Shown: positions 11,800 to 25,085, counted from the stretch's first letter. The stretch is DNA of 64,000 nt from Marsupella aquatica (GCA_973895155.1 OZ316893.1:17949836-18013835), one strand, 5' to 3'. Numbers and translations are program-made. The notes: generated from the letters alone by a model not told the origin.

Positions 11800-12591
11800 A
11801 CGTCCAAAACCCACAATAATCTCCATACAATCGGCACAACTGATTCAGGTGTGCATGGCTGCCTCAATTTCAATAAGAGATCCCTTGTCTCCCTTAAATA
11901 TTGTGCAGAGCACTCGAGGATGGTATTTTGGATTGCTAGGGTTCTCCTCGGTAACAAGCATCCATGAGTACAGCCTGTGATTTCCATCGAAGACAGAGAA
12001 CATCTTATCTTTCAGCATGAGAAAATCTGGATCGGCCTCGCATTCAGCCTCAAACTTCTCGTTCTCCAATTGCCAAATTGGATCCCATGACTCACAAATT
12101 TCCTGGGTACAGGTCAGAACAATTCCATTCTCATCCATTGGCTAAACATAGAAACGCATTCCTATGGAGGAATTGTAACCCATACTGCAAAATGAGTCTT
12201 TCAGCTTCTCGATGGAAGAGCTATCTTTCAGCAAAGTACGAACCACCTCCATGTGAACCAATTGGCATAGAGGGATTTGAGGCGGCTTCTTGTCAAATCC
12301 ACGAGAATCCTTTCCAAAACACATGACATGTTTTGAGATGAGATCAGTCTCCGCGAGTGCGCAGTCCAAAACATCTTGGATCGCAATCGTGTTGAGGTTC
12401 TCCATCTTTCTACGCAGAAATTTAGGAACCAAAACAACGCTAACAGAAGTAGGAGGCAACAACTTTGTGGAACGAGTTACACGATGTGTATAAACTGAAC
12501 CAGTAAACGAAGACTACGAGGATTCAGAATAAGCTCGCTCTTGGTCAGGAGCAGCACTATACCCTCTGGATGAAGAGGGGAATACCTCCAT
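11800..12591 (-). pseudogene. ParB/Srx-like (DGNHR motif) protein, truncated; probable ORF2 of the adjacent MULE
   Basis: A single frame runs from ATG 12591 through ORFs 12142-12462 and 11845-12138 with two TAG interruptions. It reads IPLCQLVHMEVVR...IEKLKDSFCSMGY...FSVFDGNHRLYSW, resembling the ParB N-terminal fold. Confidence 0.6.
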
Positions 12592-13557
12592 CGTCTTCCT
12601 TCCAGAAGCGTACGAACTATCGTACAATGAAATTATGGAACTCTAATCAACTCTCAACGTGTAATATATTCTAGAAGGAGGGTGGAGTTCAGCGGAACTT
12701 TTTGATTAAAGCAAGAAGCTCGCAAGTTTGGCGGATTCCAACGTATGTATGCGGAGAACTTAATTAGCTAAATCAAGCGGTAGAAGAAGCGTAACACACA
12801 CGGAACTTAGAAGTGACCGTTAAATGTTACCATTATGACCGTTTTCCTCCCTCACTCGGAATACTAGCGCCGGGCGCTATTATAAAAAACTTCCCGTGAA
12901 GTAGATAATTGGGATGATTGTCATGGCAGCGCCCGGCGCTAGTAAAAACAACAGCTATATAGAATAGGTCTGAAATTGTGCCTCGAATACATAAATTACG
13001 TCAAAACAACCCCATATTTAAAGAAATGTCTATTGTTTTAATGGTTTTTGGGAAACATTACTTGCATCCTATACTAGCGCCCGACACTAGTGATAACGAG
13101 TATTTTCCACCAATAGTTTTAAAAGAATTCACAATTTCATTGATCATTTAAATCCAATTATTTCATAGTATTGATGGATATCTGGAGGGTTTTTTGTATA
13201 CTAGCGCCAGGCGCTAGTATGGAATATCGAGATTTGGGGCGCATTATGTTTGAGATATTTTAGTTAGCGCTAGGCGCTACTCAAATTGTTCCAACTATAC
13301 AATATCTTAGAGTCTGTTAAAGATTTTTGTGGTGTCTTTTTTGGCATTATGTATGCGTCTGACATCCGGACTTATCGGGGAAAAACGACAAAAATTCGTT
13401 TATGGCGCCAACGGATCCTATGTCGACTATGTTTTATCTCTTATACAAACAGATATGTTAACGTGAAGTTCCCATGTTCGACTGATATAAGCTCCATATT
13501 ACCATAAACTTTTCTTCCTCGAAACATTATAGCCCTCGTTATTTGTTTTCGATTGCA

Positions 13558-16500
13558 ATGTCTTGGTCCATCATTCTATCCCGATTTGGGACTGGGGATA
13601 TTGTGACCATCCCCGTCCCTGTGGAAGATACGTACCAGCAGGTCCGGGAGAGATACCTTTGCGAGAGATTTGATTTGAAGATGAATGATATTGAGGCCAT
13701 TGTTCGAGAGCTCGAAACCAATGATGACATCAAAGATGAAGCAACATTCAATGTGGATGATGGTGAACGGTTCTGGCATCTATACGCGGGGATTTTGTAT
13801 TCACTTCGAGTAAGACACCATGAAGGACCGTCCAGTGTCCCCCAAGTTGCATTTGATGTTGTCAAGATTTCTTCTAGTGAAGATGGGGATCACACTCCAA
13901 GTCCTATGTTGAAAATGAAAGTCCCGCAACATGCTGTCGTTAAAGGTGAGACTCCAGGAAGCTCCAACTAGTTGGAGGTCGTGTATCGGCGCAGTGCGAT
14001 GGATACGTTACTCAAATCCACTGGTCATAGCAAGTTATCAAGGTTCATATCTGCGGGTGATTTCAGACATGAGCAAGTCTCCTGTCTTCCAACTAAGTAT
14101 AATGGGAACGTCGTGTTTGAATTGCCACCAATTGACAAGATGCTCTCTAAAGGCTCTAGGCTTAGGGACATGGACCGTGCCAAAGATTGCTACATTTGGA
14201 CACGCATATTTCCAACTGCCGCGAACGTTCAGCCGAAAAAACTTTGGCAATTCGGTAAGGTTACCTGTACGGGATTTATTGAATGTAGGAACAAGTCTTG
14301 CGAGTACTTCCAAAGGAAGAAGAAGGCAAATGCTAAGGCATGGCAGGGTACTCCAAAGCTTAGTGGTCAGTATGCTGTCGGATCTTTTATCGAAGAGGGC
14401 GGTGTTGTGTGTCATTATTATGATCAGATTCCTTTTTGTGTCAAGTACTGCCCTGCCCGGTTGTTCTATATGTACCCGCAAGTATTACTTGATGCGGAAA
14501 CATGTAGTCATATGTCCCGCCTGGCGATTCATATAGGTGAGCATAACCATCCAGGTAGAAAAACCTTATGTAGGAGTGCGAAGAAGATGGCTGAGGATTT
14601 AATTAAAAAAATCATGAAGCCAATCCTCTGGCAAAACCAGCTGGGATCTTGAATTCTGCTATAGGGTCCATAGTGAAAGCTCTCTGCGAACATGTTGACA
14701 ACATGGTCAATATCGAAGAAACTAAAATATGGAAGTCTCCGATGGTACTTTCCACTCCCCAGAAGTTTGCATCTCTTTGTCGGAGCGTTAGAATAGACCA
14801 AAAGGGTCGGGGTGAACTTGATTTTCTCTCACAAATGCAGAAGAAGATTAACCTGTCATTTCTCCAGAGGTATTTGCTCCCGGGTCAGGGATGTCAAGAC
14901 GATAGGCCTCACATCTTTAAAATGACCATGAAGGGTCATGGTTCAGGTGTGGATCTTTTGAGACAGATGCAACCTGGTGGAAGACTCGAAGGAGTCTGGG
15001 TCAGTTTTGATGTCATGCAGCGTATCACAACTGATTGGTTTACTTTTAGCGCGCATGTCTACGACCATAACTTCCGTGCACTTTGTACAATTTTCACATG
15101 CGAGTTGAATGGTGAAGACACTGAGTCTTTCCAAAAGGCTTGGAGAGTTATGATTGAGGTTTGCAAGGAGAATGGATTACAGGAGGTTGTCATCCAAGGG
15201 TTTATGGCGGACAATGCACAAGCTGGATGGAATGCTGTGCATAATGTTTTTTTTGGTGGACACCCAGACCCGGAGAGGGAGCGCTCTGATGCATTTCACT
15301 TTTATCAATCTTTCCATTGGCATTCCAAGGAAGGAGTACTCGAAGAATGTCAATTGGAACATTGGAGACTTTGGGAGAAACTAAGAAATGCTCCAACGTT
15401 TGTGGTAGCGTATCGCGTGTCCCGAGAGATTGTGGTTTGGTGGCAATCAGGAAATTGTGTCCCTGGAAAGCTCATGATGCTACAAAGCTAGATATCCTGG
15501 TGGGTTGTTCGATGGCGCCAGTGGGGCAATTTTATTCGAGTGGTATGACATCCATCTCCTCTCTTGTCTTTCATTTCCATCAACTTTATATTAGCGCCAG
15601 GCGCTAGTATGATGACCTTGTATTTGAGTCCAACATATCCATAAAGTTCCAGAATCATAATTGCAATTGTATTTCACATATGTTATAAATACTTGTCGGT
15701 GCCAGCGCCGGGCACTGGTAATACAATGCTAGTACTGATTATTGCATTCGGACTATGGCAGAGCAAAAGCGCAGAAGAAGGTGCCTTGATTCCCAACTGT
15801 ACAGGGTCAGAATCGAGGCATGCGTCTATGAAAGCCTGGGCTACAAAGAAAAAAGTTGGTCTTTTTGAAGCATGCAAAGTGGACCAAAACCGAGCCCTGT
15901 CTCAAGTTGCGGGATACAGTGCATATCAAAAAGGGTTGAACAGAGGAAAGGGACCGACTATATGGGAATCGGTGTTCCGTTCCGCCGATCAAGCAGGTTC
16001 GCCGAGGTTATTTGAAGATGCGACCAACATGCTTCTTTCCAACGCGGCGGACTTCGATTTGGAAAGAAGTACCCCCCTTAACGGAGATATCGTGACCAAG
16101 TCAATGAAGAGAAAGGGACATGCAACTGGGACTGTCTCTCCACAAGACTCCCATTGGCATGACATTGTTCTCATAACCGTGGACACCAAATACTCGTGGT
16201 TTGAAAAGGAAAAACCTAAACAGAACTGACTTTGCCTCCATTCCCTCAAATTCTAATGATCATGTGACAAGAGTGGTGAATCTCTCTGGTATGAACACAT
16301 CAGATGGTGATACTGATTCATTGGACAATACCCTTCAAACAACCCGTACAACAAGATCCACAAAACCTCCGCTCAGTGCACCAGCCTCACTTCAGAATCC
16401 ACTTCCACGCACGATTGTGCTAGAGAAGGATGTCCCTCTGGGGCAGTGGCAGCTGCGACGGACGTCCAAGTATGGAGCAGGTCCCCAGTGTAATGGGACA

Positions 16501-17295
16501 CTCAATGGGAGTTCTGATTGCGATGAGTGTCGAAATCGTATCAAGAAGGTTGGCTTCCATTCGTCTGACGGTGTTGTTGGAATTGTCGTGAAGGGCCATC
16601 GTCTCTCCAGGGGCGAACCGATCTCCGAAATGATTTGGTTCTGCCCAAACCAAACCTGTTATAAGAGTCATCCGCATCGTGGTGTTCATCAGCTTCCTCC
16701 TCTTCCTGAAATTTTGCCTGTTCTGAAGGGTACGAGCCTATCTCCTTCTAAAATCACGTTCCTCGAAGAGCAAGGACTTGTCTTAGCCCGAACAACAGGA
16801 TTGAGTCGATCTGCGCCATCTTCGTTTGACCTCAGGATAAATGTGAACGTGTTCCCAAAAACAATAAGGTTTTTGGAGCCAAATGTCCGGTTGGGTAGTC
16901 GGAATGGGAGGAACTCAAGACCTCGGTCTAATCTCACTGTGGGTCACACTAAGTGAATGGAGTCTGCACGACAAGAAGAGATGACTTTGGATGGGGAATG
17001 GAATGTTCGGACTGGAAATGCTTTTGGAAAGCAGTTTTGAATTCGAACCCATGAGAACCTTCGATCACCAAGCACGTACTTCGTGCAAATCTGTATCTTC
17101 CCTGCTTGCTCTTGTGAGGACTTCTTCCTACGACATTCGCGTGGCAAGTTGTAAATGCCTTGTAAACATCTATACTGGGTGTACATAAATGTTTTCAAAC
17201 TTGAGGTTGAGGAGTTGACTCTTTGTAGCCAACCAATTTTGACTGTGGGCGAAGTCAGGCTTGTCTTGGAGAGGCAGAACTTGAATGGCTTATAA
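13558..17295 (+). pseudogene. MULE transposase with GCM/WRKY-GCM1-like Zn finger, DDE core and SWIM finger (intron 15543-15761)
   Basis: GCM-like KVTCTGFIECRNKSC...CPAR...IHIGEHNHP. DDE residues in WVSFDVM, FMADNAQAGWNAV and GSESRHASMK, with a C/DxxH motif DAFH. SWIM finger YFVQICIFPACSCEDF...PCKHLY. Several stops and frameshifts (13969, ~14605, 15489, ~16200). Confidence 0.8.
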
Positions 17296-18974
17296 TAGGG
17301 GCCGAAACTTCCATATAGGTCGTTTAATATAACGGATAGTCACTATTTTGTCTTTACCCAACGGATATGTTACTTGTTTTATTCAGTATTTTTTGGTTAG
17401 CGTCGGGCGCTGCTTCCAAAAATCTTATTTTTCTTGCTTTATTATGTACGCGTGTAGTGTAAGCATTACAACATGTTTTATATAAAATGTGTAAGTTGAT
17501 ATCATTCTATTTTTTCTTTCAAGCCGCGTTTATTCAATTATTCTGAAATAAATCGTTATGAGGTGTTTTGTCATTTGTTTGTCACGGTACTCGGTCCATT
17601 TAAGTGAACTCATTTTGATTGAGTTCATTTGGACACTACTCTTCACTTGTTCTGTGGTGGGTCCCACCCTAAGGTTCACTTTTTAGCTTGGACGAATAGT
17701 GATATTTGAATGAATGTTTCATTGAGTATAGTCCCCATACCGTGTTCAGTTATCTTCCAGATCAAAATGTTGTTGCAAGGGAGGATTGCTAGTACTCTTC
17801 ATCCATCGGATGGCACACAATAATTGTTTGTTTTAAACCTAATTCACTAAAGAAAAATTTGATCTGTGATTAGCGTAGTTTTTCATTCGGACCAAAGGGC
17901 TATGATTGATGCAAAACTGGTAACAGGGAATCGCTTACTCGTAACAGTTAAATTTGACTATTAACAGCAAAAACTTTCCTGGTAACAGGTTTTCTGTTTT
18001 CTGTTTTCTGTTTTCTTTCATGGCTATCATACCCCATTTCTACCGAGTCTTCCATTGCCATTCTGTAGTTTGCTATGAAGAACCAAAAACACACTTAAAG
18101 GTCTTCAAACACGGTATTCGTTCCCGTAAAGAACAAGATGGGGTTGATTTGATATATAAAAACACAAATGAGAGTTTAGGGACTCTCTTTAACACATAGT
18201 AATCAGAATTAATTACTTTAATAAGGTATTTTGAAGATCGCTCCACAGCGGTGAGTAGTTTTTAATGGTAACTCAGCATTGGGTAACCATAAATTAATGA
18301 AAAGGAAATGATTAACAAAACACAAGGAAAAATATCTCAAAGTATGCTAAGGGAGTCTGGAATTTTCCAAAGTTACTCCTTAGACATAAGTCAAAATGAA
18401 AAGACTTAAGGATTCAAATCCATATTGCTTTTCAGATCTAAAATGCTTACTAGAGTACTCCTTTAAAATGCCGTCAACATGTCTTATCCTTTCTTTCTAA
18501 GTGGTACTTAGATAAGATCTAAAAGGTAGCTACTTCAACATTTAGATGGTACTAAGCAACATGAAAGAAAATCCATCAATTTCAAATAAGACTTAAACTC
18601 AGTGAGTTAACTTCAAGAACTCAGGAGATTGTAATGAGTCACCAAATAGAATCTGTCATCAGATCTCATAAGATTTACACAATTGGAATTTTACTTCCCA
18701 TGATTTATTCAAAGGATTAAACCACAAGAAGGAGGAAAGTCTTCTCCTGGTGTCAAGCTTGATCTCGAACTCTTAACATTCATGATCAACTGGCAGAACA
18801 CCAAGGAAAGGCAAAAATTGCTAAACTTTACCATAATCTACACTAGTAGTGGAGGGGTCTTATAGTAAAAATCTACAGAGTGAGAGGTCACAGGGTCGAA
18901 GAGACATGCCTCTTCATACTCCTCAAAAAGTTAAAACTACAAAACTGTGAGTGCAAAGTCGGAAAAATGACTAA

Positions 18975-19160
18975 GTCTGAACTCGTAAACTAGTAACTAG
19001 TAAATGACTTATACTCGTAAACTAGTAAACTATTAAACTCGTAATCGGAAATCTGTTGGAACTCATAATCGTAAACTAGTAACTCTTAAACTAGTAAAAG
19101 CTGTGAACTAGTAAACTCTTAAACTCGTAAAAGTCTAAGTCGTAACTCGTAATCGCGGTA
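18975..19160. repeat. ACTCGTAA/ACTAGTAA motif array (second array at 21955-22125)
   Basis: Repeated aactcgtaaactagtaa units flank the element B ORF on both sides. Confidence 0.8.
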
Positions 19161-19360
19161 AAGTAAAGACTTGATGAATTCAACTATTTTTAACTTCCTA
19201 ACTATAAGTCAGAAAACTTTGAGGTTTTGCCAGGAGGTTTTGCTAGGTACAGACTATACACTAAAGAAGTATGACAGCTTCCAAAGCTCTAGAACACTTT
19301 TATAAAAATCAGATAAGATGCACTACTCTTAAAACTAACTAAGAACACTGAAAGACTTCT

Positions 19361-21764
19361 TCAAGCTTGCTGTCGGATGTCCTCTGGTTCTAGTAACTCC
19401 ACAAGGGTAACAGTTCGATTCTGTGTAACCTCTATCAGCTCAGCTTGGCGTGGGGATCCTCTAGAGTAAGGTACGCACCTCAGTTGTCTCTCAGGATACA
19501 TCAAAGGCATTCTCTTCATTAAGTAGCATGAATCTATACGAAGAGCTTCTCTGTACATCCCGATCATATCATAGTTGTTATAGGTAGCAGCATATACTTG
19601 GGGATAATGATACAGGAACTCATCACTATTCATCATCTTGGAATAGAAAGGTCGAAGTCTCCATCTGACATCTCTGAAGTACCGGTTGAAGTGTGTCAAG
19701 GTCTGAGTGGTGACATTATTCCAGATCCTCTGTTTCTCAGCCAATGAACTGGTTGAAACAAGGGTAACTTTGGGCTCTTGAGGAATGTAATCATGTTGTA
19801 GAGCAGCAGACTTCTTACTCTGCATCAGGAAAGAAACCACAAAATCCAGGGCATAGGCTGCAAAGTTTCCAAAGTATGCCAAAACCAAATCTGGATCCTC
19901 TACCTCTACATCACCTTGAAGTAGCATCATAGCAAGAGTAGGTCGGAAGTAGAGAGAGTCAGTCCAAAACTCATCAAATTGTGCCATCTCCACCCTGGAA
20001 GTCCCAAAACACCTAAGGTCGAAGATATAACTGGCCTCCGTCTTCTTGATATAATAGTATCTCCAGAACTCTCCAATCGGTGGTCTGTTGGCCTGCATAA
20101 TCTTACAGGTCTCCACATACCTGCGTACTTGGAATTCAGGAGGTCTCGGGTATCTGTTCTCGATAACAACATTCCGGGGGGTCTGAGTAGACGAGGTGAT
20201 AACTGCTACTAAGTTTGGATTGGATCTTAAGGCAGTATCAACATCTTCAAATCCCTGCCTTGGTGACGGTGTTAAGGAGTTATCATAAGATCAAATGGAA
20301 TTAAAATCAGAGGGTGGATCAGAATCTTCAGGTAGATCCTCTCGAACATAAGGATGCTCATACTGTGGCTGATTGTAGAGCGGTCCTTTTGTGGGTTCAT
20401 AGTTGGAATCAGGACTGTAAGGGTGGGAACTTGGACTAAGAGAAGGTGTAACAGTTGGACATTGCTGCACTAAGTTGCTGACCACAGATGTTATCTGTCG
20501 AGGTTCACACTGTAGTATTTCTAGTAGATCATCTACGATAGCTGCACAACTGATACCTTCTGTCACTGGAACAAGGTCACTTGATTTTAGAAGAGGGACC
20601 TGTTGAGTAGCAAGGGTGAGAGTCACATATTCCATTGGTGTTGATTCTCCTGGGGGGAGATCATCCTGATAGGGCTTAACTGGTCAGGGAATGGTGACTT
20701 CAAGCTGACAGCTTCCATTCTTAAATCATTAACAGCATCATAGAGTCCATCATCACTGCAACTGAGAAGAGGTATCAACTTATCAAGGAGTTGCTGATTT
20801 GATTCTGCTTTCGAAGGACCACGCGAGCTGGTCCTTAGGATGACAGCAATTGTTGGTTCCGCAATATGCTCTTGTTGCTCAAAGAGGTCTTCATCCTCTT
20901 CATCTTCTTCAGTTGCAGGTTGTTCTCCCATGCTGACTTCTCGTGAGTACACTTGGTTATTCAGAGGGTATTGGACTAAATCCAAGTTGTGTTCAGGCAA
21001 AGCTTCAAGATCTCCTACAGAGACATTTTCTATATCCATATCAATATCCTCATCATTGGATTTCAGGGAAATGGCATCCACTGGTTCTTCCACATCGATT
21101 TCTTCCTCAATGCCCATCTCGATTAGAAGTAATCCCCTTTCTGTTCTCTCCTCGAAATGTAAACAGTCATAGGTATAATAGAGTTGAGAGAGATAATGTT
21201 GTAAGTAAGTAGTCCTCCCTGCTTTCAAGCTCCTTACTTGATCTTTCATAACGTTAAATAAAAGTAGGGCCCAATTTACTTTTATAACTCCACTGTGAGC
21301 AGCTACAATAGTGTTAGCCAAGGACACAGGCAGATAGTTGGCTTTTTCGGATGGAGAATGGGTACTAGAAATTCCAAAAGAATTCTCAGATTCCATCCAT
21401 TTGTGAGGTTTCTGATTCCAGAGAAGTAAGGAGATGACAAGTCCTTCTTCTTGGAATACAATGTCGATCCTTCTGATGAGCAACCGAAGGCAAAAGAAAT
21501 TTGTTCTACTGTCCACAGACTTGGTCGAGCTCGGATTGTTTGATGGAATTCAGGGGAAATAGTAGTGCCTTTGACAAAATCTTGCAAGTATGTGTCTAAC
21601 TCCACATTCCAAGGTATATGCAAGAGGGGTTCTAACCCCAGCTGCTGCAGCGTCATCCTTAAATTGGCGTAGCTATCGGGCGCCTGTGGGATTTGGACCA
21701 ACACTGCCTTGGGAAACACCAGGGATTCAACGCGGTACTGCTCATCAGCTCCGAGGTCTGCCAT
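19361..21764 (-). pseudogene. Accessory ORF (about 800 codons, frameshifted) inside element B
   Basis: MADLGADEQY...LRMTLQQLGLEPLLHIPW...IRARPSLWT...NGW...FLVPILHP...VNWALLL...TYLQHYLSQLY aligns with the N-terminus of ORF 48733-51249. The C-terminal domain is shared with element A. Confidence 0.85.
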
Positions 21765-23327
21765 AGCTGGTTCTCCGGATGTTCTTGCTGCTCGAGTTGC
21801 TACTAAGATCATGGAATAAGATAGAGGTAGAAGAGATCTTAACAAGGCGCGTTTCTCTATTGCGCTTCAGCTGCTCTCGTCGCATACTCCCAACCCGTAG
21901 AAAGGTCCGTTGAGATAGCCGTAAGACGTCGCGATCGTAAGGCTCCTTCGCACACCGCAAACTCGTAACCCTTAACTCGTAAGTCGTCAACTCGTAAGCC
22001 CGTAATCCAGTAATTACACTCGTTGTCGATACTCGTCAACCCGTAAACCCGTAATCAGACTCAACTCGTAAACCCGTAATCTAGTAAACTAGTAAACTCG
22101 TAAGAAGTTTACTTAGCGACTTGTAAATTGTCAGAGTTTAGTCGGAATGCAGTTTACTCTACGGTTAGCAGTAAACATAGTTTTAATACCTCAAAAAAAA
22201 TTAAAATTCCCAGTTTCTTTATACTTTTGGAATTACTCACTACTTACACATTCAGTTGAAGGAGTGTTAGAAGAGAGTCACGCAGAGCATCGCAAGCTTT
22301 GGGATAAGATGCAAAATGCCTCCATGTTTGTAGAGGCTTATAGACTTTCAAGGGAGATTAATTTGTGGTGGCAGTCCGGTAACTGTGTCCCCGGGAAGCT
22401 CCAGATGCTTCAGAGTTGGATTTCATGGTGGGTTGTCAAATGGGGGCGATGGGGAAATTTTATTCGTTTGGTAAGTTGTTTTATTTTCCTTTCCATTTTT
22501 GAAATACTGCTAGCGCCGAGCGCTACTATATTATCATTACAGAATGATTGTATTGACTGCGTCACTTTAAATATTACAATACCATAGCATCCTTTATTCC
22601 TAGCGCCTAGCGCTATTATTTATTCCATTTTTCAAATGACACAATAGGACACAATAAGCCGTCCTATAATCTACATTGCAACTTTTTACTTCTATGTACT
22701 GGATCCACTACTCTAGCGCCTGGCGCTAGTATTGTCTTGTTGCCTAATAGGCGTTTTATTCTATATAATTGCAAAACAAGAGTGCCAAAGAAGGAGCTAA
22801 GATTCCTAATTGTACAGGATCAGAGTCCATTCATGCAGGTATGAAAGCGTGGGTAATGAAAAAAAGGTTGGGCTCTTTGAGGCATGTGAAATGGACCAAA
22901 ATCAAGCTATTTCTCAGGTTGCAACTTACACTGTGTATCGGAAAGGGTTGAACAGAGGAAAAGGTCCAACAATTTGGGAATTGGTTTTCCAATCAGCGGA
23001 CCAAGCAGGCTCTCCCAAGTTGTTTGAAGATGCAATGAATATGCTACTGTCCAACGCTGCCAAGTTTGACTTAGAGAGACGGGCACCTCTCAATGGAGAC
23101 GTTGTCACCAAATCTTTGAAGAGGAAAGGACATGCATCTGGGAATATTTGCCACAAGACTCCCATAGGCATGATAAAATCCTTGTCACCTCGCCAAATAC
23201 CAAATTGATGAAAAGGAAGAATCTTAATCACATGATGTTTGATGCTATTCCTCGCCCCACGCCTCAGGTTGTTCCTGTTGTTAATCTGTCTGGAAGTGAC
23301 ATTTTGGGCAGTGGAGAAGATGTTGAT

Positions 23328-25085
23328 TGTAATGCAGTAGATTAGTTGGAAATGATGGAAAATTTATAAATTTTGAACTTTTTCTAACTCAAAGGTGTAA
23401 TATAGCTACCTTTTGTAGCAATTTAGATCAACTGAACACTTTACCTGATGTTATGCTTCATCGGAGGCTATTGCCTCTATTGGACAAGGATCGCCATATA
23501 AATCCTTGCTCTTTGCATGCTACCAAGAAAGAAGACTGGACATCATTGGAGAAGCAATGCAGACTAGAAGATTCAAGAACCGGACTCCAAAGCACTTCAT
23601 CAAAAATGAGCTCTGTGTGCAATTACCACGATCAGCCGATCTCTGATATTTTAGTTAAATAGTTCTCATGGTCAGAAAAGTTTCATACTTTTTCAGGAGG
23701 TAGTCATTATGCAGTAGAATCATCCCTGAAAGTTTCAGCTCAAGCCGACTTATAGCTAGGAAGTTAAAAATGTTTGAATCTGCTAAGTTTTTGCTGCACC
23801 GCGATTACGTCTTTACGAGTTTACACTTTTACGTGTATACGCGTTTATGCCTTCAACACTTAGAATTTTTTCCGATTTTCTGTAGTTCTTTATTTCCGGT
23901 ACTTTTTGGTATTTTATTGAAGTACCTAAACACCTCAGAAAAGTCTGAGATTTTACCAGCATGAAGACTATACCTAAGAGAATACTCTGGGAAAGTTTCA
24001 TCTCAAACTGATATTTGGTTTAGAAACTAAAATTAGGACAAAGCCACTATTCATTAGTTTTACCGTAATGTCACTTTTACATTAGTTCACATTTGCAATA
24101 CCTTTTGGTTAGTTTTATATACTAGGAACCCTCATGTGACCCTTAGGTACTACTGTAGCACACCTTTGTTATTTTTACTTTAGTTTAAGAACCCTTGAGG
24201 CATGAAAGGGCATGTCCTTTCATTTTCTCTCTCCTTGGGTTTCTACCAGCCTATATAAAGTAGAATTTATGTCATTTGAAATGTGAAATAATTATGTAAG
24301 CACTATGTTGCAAATTTGCAGCATGACAAGGCTTCACTTTGTAGAGAGAAACTATGTATTTGCATGAGTGATTAATACAAATGAATTCTTCCCCCTTCCT
24401 TGTGTTTGAATGTTGGAGATCAAACCAGAGAAGTAAAACCTTGTGAAATGGTGAAATCTTTTGAATGTATGGAGATAGATTCCTTAATTGGTGAAGGCTA
24501 TACATTTCTAAGTTCTTGATGCATAAGTTTTTGGCATGACATTGCTTTTGCACGGGGTGCAAAGAATGTTATTGACCAATTACCTATGACTTTAGTTTGA
24601 CGATGATGGTGTTCATTATTCGTGACTCGGAGTACCGACTGGATGCTGAAGTGATTGGTTATTAATCCTAACTGAGTACCTTGGAAGGAAAGGTTAAGAT
24701 ATGTTGACGGCATTTTAATAATCATCCTAGTAAAGTATTTCATTCCAGAAATGTTCTTGCGGATTTTTCACCTTAAATCATCACAAATTAAGTGTTGTTG
24801 AGGAGTTACCTTGGTCTATTCCAGACTCCCTCATCATACCTCAAGATTTTCTTGTGTTTTGTTAATTTATTCCATTTTGTTAATCGTATTTATAATGTTA
24901 AGCAAACATTTAAATCTATGCCTTGCTGAGCATCCATAGTAAAGGGCTCACCTTTGTGTTTTCGACACCTTAGTCATTCATAAGTGTTAATTGATAGAAA
25001 ACCATTCCCAACATGTTCTTCCATGGGAACGAATACCGAGTTTTGGGCATTAAATGCTGATTTATGTCCTTAATGCAATACTACA
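23328..25085 (+). mobile_element. Element D: 1.76-kb non-coding solo LTR related to A/B
   Basis: TGTAATG...ATACTACA termini with TSD TTGAT/TCGAT. It has CTATATAAA near 24251, and shares ATGTTGACGGCATTTTAA, GAGTTACCTTGG..TTCCA.ACTCCC and GGGAACGAATACCGAGTTT with the 3' ends of A and B. Confidence 0.85.

Larger units (their letters stand above)
11800..18034 (+). mobile_element. Mutator-like element (MULE) copy 1; right TIR intact, left end lost
   Basis: It contains the transposase gene. The right end (CTGGTAACAGG, (TTCTG)n, ...ATCATACCC at 18034) matches the ends of two MITEs with 9-bp TSDs, and it abuts coding sequence of copy 2. Confidence 0.7.
18064..22248 (-). mobile_element. Element B: 4.2-kb solo-LTR-like unit containing a full-length accessory ORF
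   Basis: TGTAG...CTTACA termini with a perfect TSD CATTC (18059-18063 and 22249-22253). It interrupts MULE copy 2 precisely, is a paralog of element A, and has no gag/pol. Confidence 0.9.

Noticed and set aside
11800-12591. Bacterial contamination or prophage as the source of the ParB-like ORF
   Set aside because: It is embedded among intron-containing plant TEs, shows the same C-to-T nonsense decay, and has no bacterial operon context.
5448-22248. Elements A and B as giant inverted repeats bounding one composite element
   Set aside because: Each has its own TG...CA ends and its own distinct TSD, and they are substantially diverged, so they are independent insertions.
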